A program made the position numbers and the translations under genes. 64,000 nucleotides of DNA from a virus, in the IMG/VR virus record IMGVR_UViG_3300029243_000160, positions 1-64,000 of that record; one strand, 5' to 3'. Positions 51,601-60,881 of the stretch are shown here, in pieces. Every line of letters begins with the position of its first letter. Within the stretch, counting starts at the first letter, position 1. Under the pieces are notes generated by a model. It worked only from the letters and a program-made list of their open reading frames with translations. It searched no databases and was not told the DNA's origin.

Positions 51601-54600
51601 TCTTTTTCGCCATTGTAAGCATCAAGATAAGTAAGATACTTGGTGTTGTTTGACAATGATGCCACAGCATCTTTCTGATGCCACGGATTGATAGCGATTT
51701 GAGTGTCAGCTTCAAGCAGATTGTCAAAACGCTTCAAATAGTCGGAATAGCTCATGCCCTTTGTGCCATAGGTTACATTTGCTTTATCGTCCCACAAACC
51801 TTCATAGTCAACAATCGTGTCTTTCCATGAGGTTTCCTGTTCTTCCAGCGATTCATACAGCTTATAGCATACAGTATCTTTGTAGGTCTTTGCTGCAAGG
51901 AAGTTGGTGAAAGATTCAATAATAGTCATCACAACAACGAACATGGTCAAGGCTGTCGCAACAAACAAAATGCCGATTGCCACATATTTACCGATTACCA
52001 GCATCGCCTTTGAAACGCCTGCCTGTACTTTCTGCACCAGCATACCGACTTTGCTGTTCATAAACTTTGCTTTGATGCCGTTGATTTTGCCTCTTGCTTT
52101 ACCGAACACGCTGTTTTCAGAGCGTTGCAGTCGAGCCAACTTTTTTTCCTGCTTTGCAAGAAATCTTTCGTTACGCTTCGGATTCGGTTTTGCGGCTTTC
52201 TTTGTTGTCGGCTTCTTTTTCGGTGGCTTTACAGAATCTACATTTTTCAGCCTGTTTGTCTTTTTCACATTGGCAAACTTTGCTTTCATTGCATCTTGAT
52301 GCTTCTGAATCGCCTTGACGGTATTCTTTACACCGTCAGTGGTCTTTCTTGCATATCTGTAAGTCTTTGTACCACCGCTTATCATAGCTCGCATATCTTC
52401 ATCATTGCCAGCAAGCTTTGTAGCTCCAGACATACCTTTCTGAGCCAGCTTTGCGGCAACACCAATATCCAACGCTCCCCATGCTTTCGGATTATTTAAC
52501 TGCATCAGTGCGTTTCTGGTGCTGTTGCTGATTCCCAGTTCTTTCAGTTGCTTCGCTGTAAGATTACCCAGTGCTGCCACATCAAACTTGCCTGTAGCAG
52601 TGATAAACTGATAGCCTTTGCTCTCTGCTCTTTTCAGAAATGCCTCATTGATTTTCAGGACATCAGCTCTTGTAATGCCACCTGCAATAAAATCAAGGTT
52701 AAGGTCTTTTTTCAAGTTCTGAGCAAACTTGTCATATCTTGCGAAAATAGCTTTTTCACCGTCAGACAGCTTCACCTTATTGCCAAGTGATTTCAGCACT
52801 TCCGCATCATCATCAGACAATTTGATTTTGCCTGTTTCCGCAGCGTGTTTCATAGTCTCTGACCATTCAGACAGCACTTTTTTCTGGTGATATACCGAGA
52901 TGCTTTCACCTCTCATCACCTTTTCCAGCACTTTTCTCTGTTCGGCGGTAAACGAAGACTTATTCTTCCGGATAAAGTCAAGCTCCGGCTGTGACAATGC
53001 AATTGTTACAGATGCTCCTAGTGCAATTGCACCTGTGTTGATGGTGTTTTTAATCTCGTCCAGAGAGCCACCATCTCGGAAGCCAGACTTCGTAACGACT
53101 GGAGCAGCATATTCCTGCCGATACAGGTTGTTTTGAATGGTCTGTGCATTACGAACCATTCTCTCCTGCTTCTCGCTGATATGTTCTGTAGCAATTTTCT
53201 TCTTCTTTTTATAGAAGCCTCTTGCCTGATACTCACGGCGAATAAATTCGTCCGGATTTCTGCCACTTTTGATAAAGTCGGCATATCGCTTGTCTTCTTT
53301 CTTGTCGAAAGCGTCCTTACGTTTCTTCTCCTGCTTCGCAAAGTCAGCAAGTTCATCTTGATGTGTAGCATAATATTTGTCTTTCTTTACTTTGTACGCA
53401 TCATCGTATTCCCCTTGCTTTTCTTTTACCTTTTCTTTTCTTCGAGCAGATTCCTGCAAAATCTGTGCCGACTGTGCAACACGCTTATGATGTTCAGCCA
53501 GCACCTTGCCCTTGATTTTTTCATCAGTAACAATTTCGCCGTTGATTACAACCATATCATTGCCAAAAACAATTGCCTTGCCAATGCCACGATTTTTCTG
53601 AGCCGCACCCAGTCGCATTGAAGAACTGCTTCTTTCAAATGTTTCCTGTCGAAGTGTAGCCTCTTCAAAGATTCGCTTATTGGTCGCTACAGCACTGTAC
53701 TTTGCAAGGTCGTTTACAGCATTGATGCTCTTATTGACTGTTTTGCCGAACAGTCCCATCTGTCCAAACGTATATGTGAACAGCTTCTGCTCTTCACTTT
53801 CAACAGCTCGCAGTCCACCCTGTTCCTGTTCATCACGAAGTTCCTGTATTTCCTTGCTTTTATCAGACTGCCCATGAACGCCAGCTTGCTTGACATCTAT
53901 ATCTGTCTTTTCTGTAAAGTCTGCAATCAACTGTTCCGCAGATTTTGCCACATTTCGATAATGTTCCTGCGGTTTTGCAGAAGCACCATGTTTGTCATCA
54001 GTCTGAAACTTTTGATTCAGTGACTGAACAGCACTTTCCGTCCTCATAAAGCTTGCCTTGCTTGCCAAGCTCTTTGCTTCTAAACTGCCGTTAGAATCCC
54101 ACTCTGTACCAGTCTTCGCATGAAATTCAGTCGCAATATCGTGCATAGCATTCTGATAGTCCAGAAACATCTGCCGTTCATGCGGAGTGGTGATTTTTCC
54201 TTTTTCCTGAATCGTTTCCATTGCTTCTGCAACGTCAGGGCGGTCTTCCAGAAACTGCCCCATAAACGTAGAATCCATGCTCTTCTGAACAAACGATTTC
54301 TCATTTTCGTTCAGTCGAACCGATGTCATCTCAGGCTCTTTTTGCTGTGTCAAATTGACACTTTCAGCAGCAGAAACCGCACCGCCAAAAGAATTATTTG
54401 TCAAAGCCACAAACTCTTGCATGATTCTGCGGTCATTATCATTTCTTACTTCACCAGTTTCTACGATTCTTTCCAGCGTTTTCATGTTGTCGTAATTACT
54501 CAAAAAATCACTGTACGGAGTAGTTGGTGCTGTATTCTGCGATTCTGCTGATGTTTCTTCAAAACTTGAAGTGTACCCAGAATAAGAAGGAGATGGTTGA

Positions 54601-55658
54601 GACTGACTGTCTGTATGTACAGGCTCTGGAGCTGTACTCGGCATAGAAACAGGCTCATTGGAAAACGGATTCGTTTTTGCTTCCTGTGGCTCTGCTGTAG
54701 CTTTATCTGCAACCGTTGTCTGCTGTGATGTGAAATCTGGCTCTAAACCTTTGGGAATGTACCCTGTGTTATCATTGTGCTGTGTCGAACCATAATCAAC
54801 AGCTTCATCTGGTTGAACATCTCCATATGCAGAAAAAGGTTCTGTAGAAGACGTACTTTCCATGCCGAATGAGCTGTTATAGCTGTTTTCCGGAGCAGGT
54901 GCAACGGATTCTGCCTCAACCTGAGCATTTTCTGTAGTTTCTGCCTGCATCGGGTCTGCTACCGGAATATTCTGGTCATATACAGGCTCTGCTGTATCAG
55001 TATGCTCCGTATAAGAACTTTCGTAAGTGTCCGGCTCGCTATAGGCAGGTTCTGCTTCCGGAACAGGTTGGGCTGCTGCCTGCTGTGGTTCTGCGGTAAC
55101 ATCTGTAACAGCTTCCGTCATTTCCGGTTCAGCTGGCTTCGGCTTTTTTGCCTCTTCCTGTGCAGCAACATTCTCCAGTTGTCTGCGAAGGAAATCCTGC
55201 TCATCATGATTCAGCTTTGTTACCGTAGGCTGTTCCTGCTCCGGTTCAATCTTTTCACGAATCATAGCAGTTTTCGGAATTTCCACCATGTATTCGCCGT
55301 TGATTTTGACCGGAGATACCACGACATCATTTACGCCTTGGTCTTTCATGTACTGTGCAAAGTATAAAGCCTGATTCTTTGCACCGACAGCTCCGGAAAA
55401 AGCAACACGCTCATAGTCGTCCGGATTGTAACCACCACGCTGCTTTTGTTCCTGCTGACGTTCCTCATCTTCGTAAGGGTTGTAATCAGCTTTTTTCTTT
55501 GCAGCGTCTTCTCTTTCTTGTTCTTTTATATAGTCCTCATGAAGTCTGCCGAACATTTCGTCAGTTTCTTTTTGGACTTCGTTATTTGCAATCTTCTGCA
55601 ATTTGCTTGCAACCTCTGATGTAGCATTCACACCAAAGTTAAAAAATTCGATTGCCAC
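48624..55658 (-). CDS. giant (2344 aa) T4SS-associated membrane protein, possible C-terminal NlpC/P60- or CHAP-like hydrolase
   Basis: GTG start with SD AAAGGAGCG. Low-complexity E/P/Q/T N-terminal region, coiled coils and a TM segment (VIGKYVAIGILFVATALTMFVVVM). The C-terminal ALSWVGKAHY...NCTAGTAWDF is only weakly hydrolase-like. Confidence 0.55.
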   Translation of the reverse strand: MAIEFFNFGVNATSEVASKLQKIANNEVQKETDEMFGRLHEDYIKEQEREDAAKKKADYNPYEDEERQQEQKQRGGYNPDDYERVAFSGAVGAKNQALYFAQYMKDQGVNDVVVSPVKINGEYMVEIPKTAMIREKIEPEQEQPTVTKLNHDEQDFLRRQLENVAAQEEAKKPKPAEPEMTEAVTDVTAEPQQAAAQPVPEAEPAYSEPDTYESSYTEHTDTAEPVYDQNIPVADPMQAETTENAQVEAESVAPAPENSYNSSFGMESTSSTEPFSAYGDVQPDEAVDYGSTQHNDNTGYIPKGLEPDFTSQQTTVADKATAEPQEAKTNPFSNEPVSMPSTAPEPVHTDSQSQPSPSYSGYTSSFEETSAESQNTAPTTPYSDFLSNYDNMKTLERIVETGEVRNDNDRRIMQEFVALTNNSFGGAVSAAESVNLTQQKEPEMTSVRLNENEKSFVQKSMDSTFMGQFLEDRPDVAEAMETIQEKGKITTPHERQMFLDYQNAMHDIATEFHAKTGTEWDSNGSLEAKSLASKASFMRTESAVQSLNQKFQTDDKHGASAKPQEHYRNVAKSAEQLIADFTEKTDIDVKQAGVHGQSDKSKEIQELRDEQEQGGLRAVESEEQKLFTYTFGQMGLFGKTVNKSINAVNDLAKYSAVATNKRIFEEATLRQETFERSSSSMRLGAAQKNRGIGKAIVFGNDMVVINGEIVTDEKIKGKVLAEHHKRVAQSAQILQESARRKEKVKEKQGEYDDAYKVKKDKYYATHQDELADFAKQEKKRKDAFDKKEDKRYADFIKSGRNPDEFIRREYQARGFYKKKKKIATEHISEKQERMVRNAQTIQNNLYRQEYAAPVVTKSGFRDGGSLDEIKNTINTGAIALGASVTIALSQPELDFIRKNKSSFTAEQRKVLEKVMRGESISVYHQKKVLSEWSETMKHAAETGKIKLSDDDAEVLKSLGNKVKLSDGEKAIFARYDKFAQNLKKDLNLDFIAGGITRADVLKINEAFLKRAESKGYQFITATGKFDVAALGNLTAKQLKELGISNSTRNALMQLNNPKAWGALDIGVAAKLAQKGMSGATKLAGNDEDMRAMISGGTKTYRYARKTTDGVKNTVKAIQKHQDAMKAKFANVKKTNRLKNVDSVKPPKKKPTTKKAAKPNPKRNERFLAKQEKKLARLQRSENSVFGKARGKINGIKAKFMNSKVGMLVQKVQAGVSKAMLVIGKYVAIGILFVATALTMFVVVMTIIESFTNFLAAKTYKDTVCYKLYESLEEQETSWKDTIVDYEGLWDDKANVTYGTKGMSYSDYLKRFDNLLEADTQIAINPWHQKDAVASLSNNTKYLTYLDAYNGEKELRMTANANLYGKLSPSADEAVYYSSTESGHTSNIKDIISMTDVMYQFETDANSDKELGDVLGMSPAELNWENFKNRFTGFFKMLGNNISEFVKNLFGGKEDTEPNYITWADASGTTFSYKTLQNYTATLFSASHQQTWDYTVKYCSRLGNPTVKVDGTKYEIDSLSESEAAELGYCTNPKVEDFYVGIESSSDDSPQPYIIGSDFKRYYTNHAGAFDITVDTNKNLNGSKNDLCLWSGMTSNKTTFDAVVTWISNHSGKCWSSKTVNPSSARISGGIFNYNLQNKNGKWFDSESGAKTDISNKLRSYRDTYHLPDDAYHIYREEGDYSVTRLTKDFATKSNSNPNVGTLKTNVVQTSSKQEKRCVYIQNATKYTTGNGYVYEQGGKAEVPILDYTDSTHLITDKTNDTWKDEVSAEQTNYNNINGKEKAYFYMPIPKNEDVNDFANNYLKDSSGNYLTIDKIYQKVKNRYQAGGNVYHINTTFVTNYMSWDDLNYMIGRVLTARGYTGQSYQDEYDLLTSVIWYRVAIQVNTNIKQYKKQYRYENGSIEIYRDSTTTLTRKCKGHSYQYCGGHLGVISRGNVFSMTNEQLALVGTYNEDYQFPVQMDWSDDRYDEIRGKVITDKVNYSGTVSDAAWSGGSETPASDVQGSYMGHSYGLNLYVEGGNWKEGFHVVGESDSEENKQYLCRDIFDVDEMVLKGSNCFGTKDWDDYEGWNGDNMTLAVLRQTMDWQDVYEFDIPTELGAKVLCQEDIDKIVDALKKKYGSSFNDSREQAVRIALSWVGKAHYNDEDGHNHGLVQSYCVAADRNFNANCTAGTAWDFIRMYSSWTGQTATQSNTIDNSKAIKSPSASLYLPADIIRHVRSVSAGALVSSDNVNIDANDVNEINNSGSNEALLMMKRDLAVVYIGELNEDLELSDGTTIKAGQSLTVDLSPNKDIGTIYLRRTDATSLCNIGKTKTYYYVKNPDGKTWLYRFDCDKYKAFEEARKEK

Positions 55659-55688
55659 GCAATTTCACGCTCCTTTCATACGTTACTG

Positions 55689-56315
55689 TTACTGTGGATT
55701 GGTAAACATATCTGTATTCAGGAAATCATCATTTGCATCGTAGTTTTCGTCTGCATCGTCCGGCTCATCAGAATAATCGCCTTCGTCTGCATCGGTGTTG
55801 ATGCTGCTTTCTTCTTCATTTTCCAGCTCGTATTCAATGTCATACATTGACACACTTTCGATTCCGCAAGCAACGCTTTCCAACGAAAAGACAAATGACA
55901 GGTCGGAATCACCTTCTCCAGACATGAAAATCGGCTGGAACGCAGACAAACAGTAAGCAGTTCCTTTATCCAGTTCAGAACGACACATATCCAGTACGAA
56001 GATATAATCGTTTGCTTCGCCTTTCTTGAACTGGTTCGTGCCTCTCTGCAAAACAGTGTTCCACATAGTTCTTGCCTTCTGAGAACTCTTTCTTCTGGAA
56101 TTGTGCAGTGTAATGAATACAAACTGTCCGTTAATCTGCACGGTAGTCCGGTTTTCTGTTACGGTCTGCTGTAAGTCTACATAGTTGTATTCACCATCTT
56201 TTCGCTGTACTGCCTGCTTCATGGTAATTACTGCGTGAGAATCATGAAGCTTGGACAAGATGGTTGAAAACTCTTCAAAATCACTGTCTGTAGACAGTTC
56301 TGTCAACTTTCTCAT
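55689..56315 (-). CDS. hypothetical protein with acidic C-terminus
   Basis: Start at MRKLTEL (SD AAAGGAG). Confidence 0.45.
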   Translation of the reverse strand: MRKLTELSTDSDFEEFSTILSKLHDSHAVITMKQAVQRKDGEYNYVDLQQTVTENRTTVQINGQFVFITLHNSRRKSSQKARTMWNTVLQRGTNQFKKGEANDYIFVLDMCRSELDKGTAYCLSAFQPIFMSGEGDSDLSFVFSLESVACGIESVSMYDIEYELENEEESSINTDADEGDYSDEPDDADENYDANDDFLNTDMFTNPQ

Positions 56316-56326
56316 GTATACTCCTT

Positions 56327-57397
56327 TCACTGGCGAACCAGATTGATTGCAACTTTATCCGCATGAACTTCGTAGTCTGCTCCATCTATGGCAATCAGTC
56401 CGGATTCCTGATATTCGGCTGTTTTTTCATTATCATTCCAAAGGGCATATTCATATGTGCCTCTGGTGTTTGGCTTTACAGGGAACAGAGAAACGCCACG
56501 CTTGACACGTTTTCCGAAGGAAGCAGGAATACAGTTTCCCTCATGCACATCAATCGTGATGTCACACTGTCCTTTGTTCTCTCGCTCTCCGAAGCAGGAC
56601 ACATTCATATGTCCTTCATTGTCGAATCTGGAAGAAATCATAAATTTCATACCATCAAATCCGAAGCTGACACTTGTGCCGCTGTAGATTCGTGTTTTTA
56701 CGAAGTCATCAACAACAACGACCATATTCAGAGATGCAAGACTTTCTTTATATTCAGTCGGGAACACATATGCTGTCACCGTTCTGGCAGCTGGCTCAGT
56801 CTCTTCCAGATGTACTGTGGCATACCACATTGTTTCCCTGTACTTACAGGTATCTGTTTCCTGCAAGTCAGCTGGGGTGTTGCCTTTGTTTCCGACAATC
56901 ACATCATCTCTGGCATCTGTATATGCCTTTCCAATTTTCTCTGCTTTATAGTGGTACATCATTTCTTTGCCACGTTCGCAGAGCTTCGTGTAGTTCTCTT
57001 TGGTTACATAGGTGTCTTCTACAATTCCATAGTAAACTGTAAAAAAATCCTCGTTTCCTGATTCCAGCATATTCTTCAACTTTGAGAACTCATTCTCCGT
57101 GACAAACAAATTGAATTTATTGCCACTGATTCGGAAAATATAAAAATTGTCTCTCAATTGAAGAAATGCTTTTCTTAACACACGAGAACCAAATCCATAC
57201 CCTTTTTTCTCATTGCTTCTGGTCACGTCTACACTGATGCAAGCAAGATAGTATTCAGCCGTAAGATGCTCCGCAAAATCACGAAAAGCGTTCTCATTCG
57301 GAAAGCCTTCGCTGTCTGTATAGAGCTTCCGTTTCGGGACTGTAATCATTGCTTCACCAGTATAGTCAATGTATCTGTTTTCCATTTGTCTTATCAC
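56327..57397 (-). CDS. hypothetical protein with degenerate GGDEF-like N-terminal domain
   Basis: LACISVDVTRSNEKKGYGFGSRVLRKAF...FRISGNKFNLFV aligns by eye to DiDhFKqiND-GH--GD-vL...RlGGDEFavl, but with SGNKF in place of GGDEF. Confidence 0.4.
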   Translation of the reverse strand: MIRQMENRYIDYTGEAMITVPKRKLYTDSEGFPNENAFRDFAEHLTAEYYLACISVDVTRSNEKKGYGFGSRVLRKAFLQLRDNFYIFRISGNKFNLFVTENEFSKLKNMLESGNEDFFTVYYGIVEDTYVTKENYTKLCERGKEMMYHYKAEKIGKAYTDARDDVIVGNKGNTPADLQETDTCKYRETMWYATVHLEETEPAARTVTAYVFPTEYKESLASLNMVVVVDDFVKTRIYSGTSVSFGFDGMKFMISSRFDNEGHMNVSCFGERENKGQCDITIDVHEGNCIPASFGKRVKRGVSLFPVKPNTRGTYEYALWNDNEKTAEYQESGLIAIDGADYEVHADKVAINLVRQ

Positions 57398-57407
57398 CTT
57401 TTATTGA

Positions 57408-57902
57408 TTATTTCTGGTTCTTATCTTCAATCTCCTTATCTCTAAGGGCATCAAGACTTTCTTCCCATCTGCTATAGCCTTTATGCAAAGGCGTGTCGTT
57501 GGAAAGAAGTGCTGCCACTCCAGAAATACTGAAATTTCGGTCATTTAATATCGCTGCAATCTTATAAGCATTTTTGGGAATTGGGTCGATGCGATATTGC
57601 TCACAAACCGCCATTATTCTCTGATACTGTGATAGTTCAGCTTTATTGTTGAAAAACATCTTACTTCTCAGCTCGTAAATTTCAAATTTCGCAAGCTGAT
57701 ACAGGCTTGAAGCTTTCTTGCCTTCGTAAATGTCTTTTGCAACGTCCTGATGCTCACATAAGTACAGACAAACATTGGATATTACATCGTCCTTTTCAAT
57801 GCTCGCTATGTCCTTTGTTAGAGGAATCGACCTTACAGCTCTCGTCAAAGTTTCTAGTATCCATTGCCACATTGGTGTCACCCTTTCTTCTCTCGTTTTC
57901 AT
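57408..57902 (-). CDS. hypothetical protein (possible small sigma/HTH-like regulator)
   Basis: 164-aa ORF. The function guess is weak. Confidence 0.4.
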   Translation of the reverse strand: MKTREERVTPMWQWILETLTRAVRSIPLTKDIASIEKDDVISNVCLYLCEHQDVAKDIYEGKKASSLYQLAKFEIYELRSKMFFNNKAELSQYQRIMAVCEQYRIDPIPKNAYKIAAILNDRNFSISGVAALLSNDTPLHKGYSRWEESLDALRDKEIEDKNQK

Positions 57903-58289
57903 CTGCTAACTGCTTCAAAATCTTTCCTGCGTCTTCAAGCGTTTTGCCGAGACAAAAACATTCATTGTTTTTGTAAAAGGGAACATCATTGAGGAACGCT
58001 TCCATTTCATCTTTGTTAAGCTTCATCTAATCACTCTCCTTATTCAGTTCCGATGGTGTTTCTGGAAAACACGCCAGATTAGGCTATTAGAAACGCACAT
58101 CGTCCTTGCAATCTCTAGTTATTGCAAAGCCCTTAAATGTGCCACGATATATCATTGTTCCGCATAAGAAATCAGGGAACGAGTACATCATAAATTATAA
58201 CACATTCAAGGGTTTACAAGGGGTATATCAGTTCAAATAAACACTGCCAATTTTTTCCAGCAGGCTATGCCTTGCTTACAAATCAGCAC

Positions 58290-60863
58290 TTATTCTTCGT
58301 CTTCTTTTTCGCCATCAAACTCTTCATTTGCCTTGCGTTTGATAGCTGTTTTTCTTGCTTCATCGTTCGGGTTTGTGGACATGATGTGATACAGTTCACT
58401 ATCAGTCGGAAGCTTATAGTCAATCGGAATAATTACCGAGTTGTTGTAAATCAGACCAGTACCAGAAGGCTTATCCTTGATGTAATCAATCAGTGCATCA
58501 GAGATACCGTACAGGTTCTGGAGCTGCTGTCTGCCGATAGGAGACTGGTTCAGGAAAATGAAGAAGCCTGTGTTGTTGAACATTGCAGTACCCTGTCTGG
58601 TGGACAGCAAGTCGGCAACGTCCTGTGTGATACCTGTCATGATACCGCCGTACTTACGAACACGCTTGTAGTAAGCCATTACCGTAGAAGCAGAGCTTTC
58701 TGTTTTGAAGAAATGGTGGAACTCATCGAGGTACACCCAGATAGCCTTACCAGTGTGATACTTTTCGTTTTCCTCACGGTTCTTGACAATCTTTGTCCAG
58801 ATGTTCGACAGGCACACCTTCATTGCCATCTCTGTCATTTTTTCCGGCAGATAGAGCAGGTTGTAAATTGTCAGTCTGCTGTGTCCTTCAATGTTGGTGT
58901 GATGAGCGAATACGTTGTAGTTACCAATGCAATACTGCTCAACAGCCAGTGCAACCTTAGTGCCTTCCTGTGTACCGTCAGCCATCAGTTCGTTGTAGAA
59001 CTCAACCAGTGTCGGACAAATTTCAGTGTCCAGTTCGTCAGACTGTCCTTCTTCACAGCCATCTCTGTGTCGGCGTGTCATCTCTTCAATGTAGTCTTCA
59101 TACATACGAGTGCAGGCACGATGAATTGCATTTGTCTCATAGATGTTGCACTCTCTGCCTTTACCCAGAATAGATTCAACCAGACCTACCATGTAGTCGC
59201 ACTTTTCAGCCAGCGGAGTAGCCTTCGGGTCGTCCCATTCCATTGCCATATCGCAAGGATTGATGTGATACTGAGACTTCAATTCAAGGTCGATGGTTCT
59301 GCCACCAAAATGTTCTGCAACAACATGGTATTCGTTCTCAGGGTCGAGGATAATCATGTCATCGTTGCCATCGAGCAGGTTCGGGATAATCTCACCCTTT
59401 GTGATGAAGGACTTACCAGAACCAGACTGACCAAAGATAAGTCCGTTCGCCAGACGAGAACGCTTACGGTCGTACATAACCATGTTCTTGGAGATTGCAT
59501 TCGAGCCGTAGAAGTGTCCCTTCTTATCTGTCAGCTCCTGAATGTTGAATGGGAACAATGCACAGGCGTTATCTGATGTCAGCATACGGTCGATAATCAC
59601 TTTGCTGTTGCCACAAAGGATTGCTGTGTTCAGACCTGCGACCTGCTGCCCAATCAGATAAGAAGGAGTAACAGAATAGTCTGCACACTTTGCTGTGTAT
59701 TGAGCTGTGATATTTTTGATTTCGTCATCGTCCTTGCCGAAGATAGAAACAACCATTGTAGCGAAGAACAGCTTCTTGCCTTCGTTTACAACATCATGAC
59801 GAAGCTTACCGGCATCTTCTCTTGCCTGAATCAAATCCTCATTGATAAGGTCGGTGGAGTAACCACTCTTATACGCCTGCTGAGAAGCTTTGATAACGTC
59901 AGCCTTTACAGAAGTGTTCTGCATCTTTACAAGCTGGAGAGCCTTCTTACGAGGAACAGGCTTGAACTGAATTACCGTTACCATCTCATAAGGAAGGTTG
60001 GTTACGTTGGTAAGAAACGAAGTGTCCAGCTGCTGAGGCAGGTTTGCATAAGCGTAGCTCTTGCAGTATCTTTCATCGTCAAGCTGAATGCACTGTCTTG
60101 TCTTTGCAATTACCTGCGGTGCAATCAAGTCCTTGACAGACACACCGGATTTTCTAAGAGCAGGCAAATCGAGGGACAGCTTTTCGTTGCCTTCATCGTC
60201 TTTGTGCTTTGCAAAGTAACGCTCAAATTCCTTGTGGAACGGAACGCAGTCAGAGCCACGAAGAATCTTCTGCATTACTGCCAGACGGTCAATTGCGTCC
60301 AGCTGTTTCACGCCGACCTTGTTGATGGTCTTTACAGCTTCCTGTAAGGAAACATCTGCGGAGTTAAATTCCATCTCTGCCTGAGACAAACCGTTGGCAG
60401 TACGAATGGTAAGCATGATGTATTTTTCCTTGCTGATTTCGTTGTGACCCTCTTCGATTTTCTTGTCGATGATATGGTTATAGTCAGTACGATATTCGTC
60501 CAGACCATCGCCAGCTTCTTTCAGATGATAAGCCGCTGTGATGTCTTCCTTTGTGTTACGTTCATTGATAATGATAACGGAAATATCCACATTATCAGGG
60601 AAGCGGTTCATCAGCTTTGTGTAGTTGACCAGATAATCAACCTGTTTATCTTCCGGTTCAGTAACAAAGTTACTGTCTATCAGTTTATAAAGCTTGCTGT
60701 AGTAGTTGCCGGAAATAATGATACCGTCTTCGGTGATGTAATCGAAGTCGATAATTTCCTGTGCAGTGCGAGCAATTTTCATCGGCTTTTTTCTTGCCTT
60801 TGCAGGTGTGTTTTCTCCACCTTTGGTATTCTTCTTTGCAGGGGCTTTCTTCATAAATGCCAT
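58290..60863 (-). CDS. virB4: VirB4-family T4SS ATPase
   Basis: Walker A (IFGQSGSGKSF) and Walker B (WVYLDEFHHFF). 857 aa. Confidence 0.9.
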   Translation of the reverse strand: MAFMKKAPAKKNTKGGENTPAKARKKPMKIARTAQEIIDFDYITEDGIIISGNYYSKLYKLIDSNFVTEPEDKQVDYLVNYTKLMNRFPDNVDISVIIINERNTKEDITAAYHLKEAGDGLDEYRTDYNHIIDKKIEEGHNEISKEKYIMLTIRTANGLSQAEMEFNSADVSLQEAVKTINKVGVKQLDAIDRLAVMQKILRGSDCVPFHKEFERYFAKHKDDEGNEKLSLDLPALRKSGVSVKDLIAPQVIAKTRQCIQLDDERYCKSYAYANLPQQLDTSFLTNVTNLPYEMVTVIQFKPVPRKKALQLVKMQNTSVKADVIKASQQAYKSGYSTDLINEDLIQAREDAGKLRHDVVNEGKKLFFATMVVSIFGKDDDEIKNITAQYTAKCADYSVTPSYLIGQQVAGLNTAILCGNSKVIIDRMLTSDNACALFPFNIQELTDKKGHFYGSNAISKNMVMYDRKRSRLANGLIFGQSGSGKSFITKGEIIPNLLDGNDDMIILDPENEYHVVAEHFGGRTIDLELKSQYHINPCDMAMEWDDPKATPLAEKCDYMVGLVESILGKGRECNIYETNAIHRACTRMYEDYIEEMTRRHRDGCEEGQSDELDTEICPTLVEFYNELMADGTQEGTKVALAVEQYCIGNYNVFAHHTNIEGHSRLTIYNLLYLPEKMTEMAMKVCLSNIWTKIVKNREENEKYHTGKAIWVYLDEFHHFFKTESSASTVMAYYKRVRKYGGIMTGITQDVADLLSTRQGTAMFNNTGFFIFLNQSPIGRQQLQNLYGISDALIDYIKDKPSGTGLIYNNSVIIPIDYKLPTDSELYHIMSTNPNDEARKTAIKRKANEEFDGEKEDEE

Positions 60864-60881
60864 TGCAGTTTCTCCTTTCGG

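Noticed and set aside
57796-58026. 76-aa ORF overlapping the start of 57408..57902 by 107 nt.
   Set aside because: Only the first roughly 40 codons are free of overlap, and I cannot decide whether a short gene ends earlier. It is left uncalled rather than asserting an unusual long overlap or frameshift.
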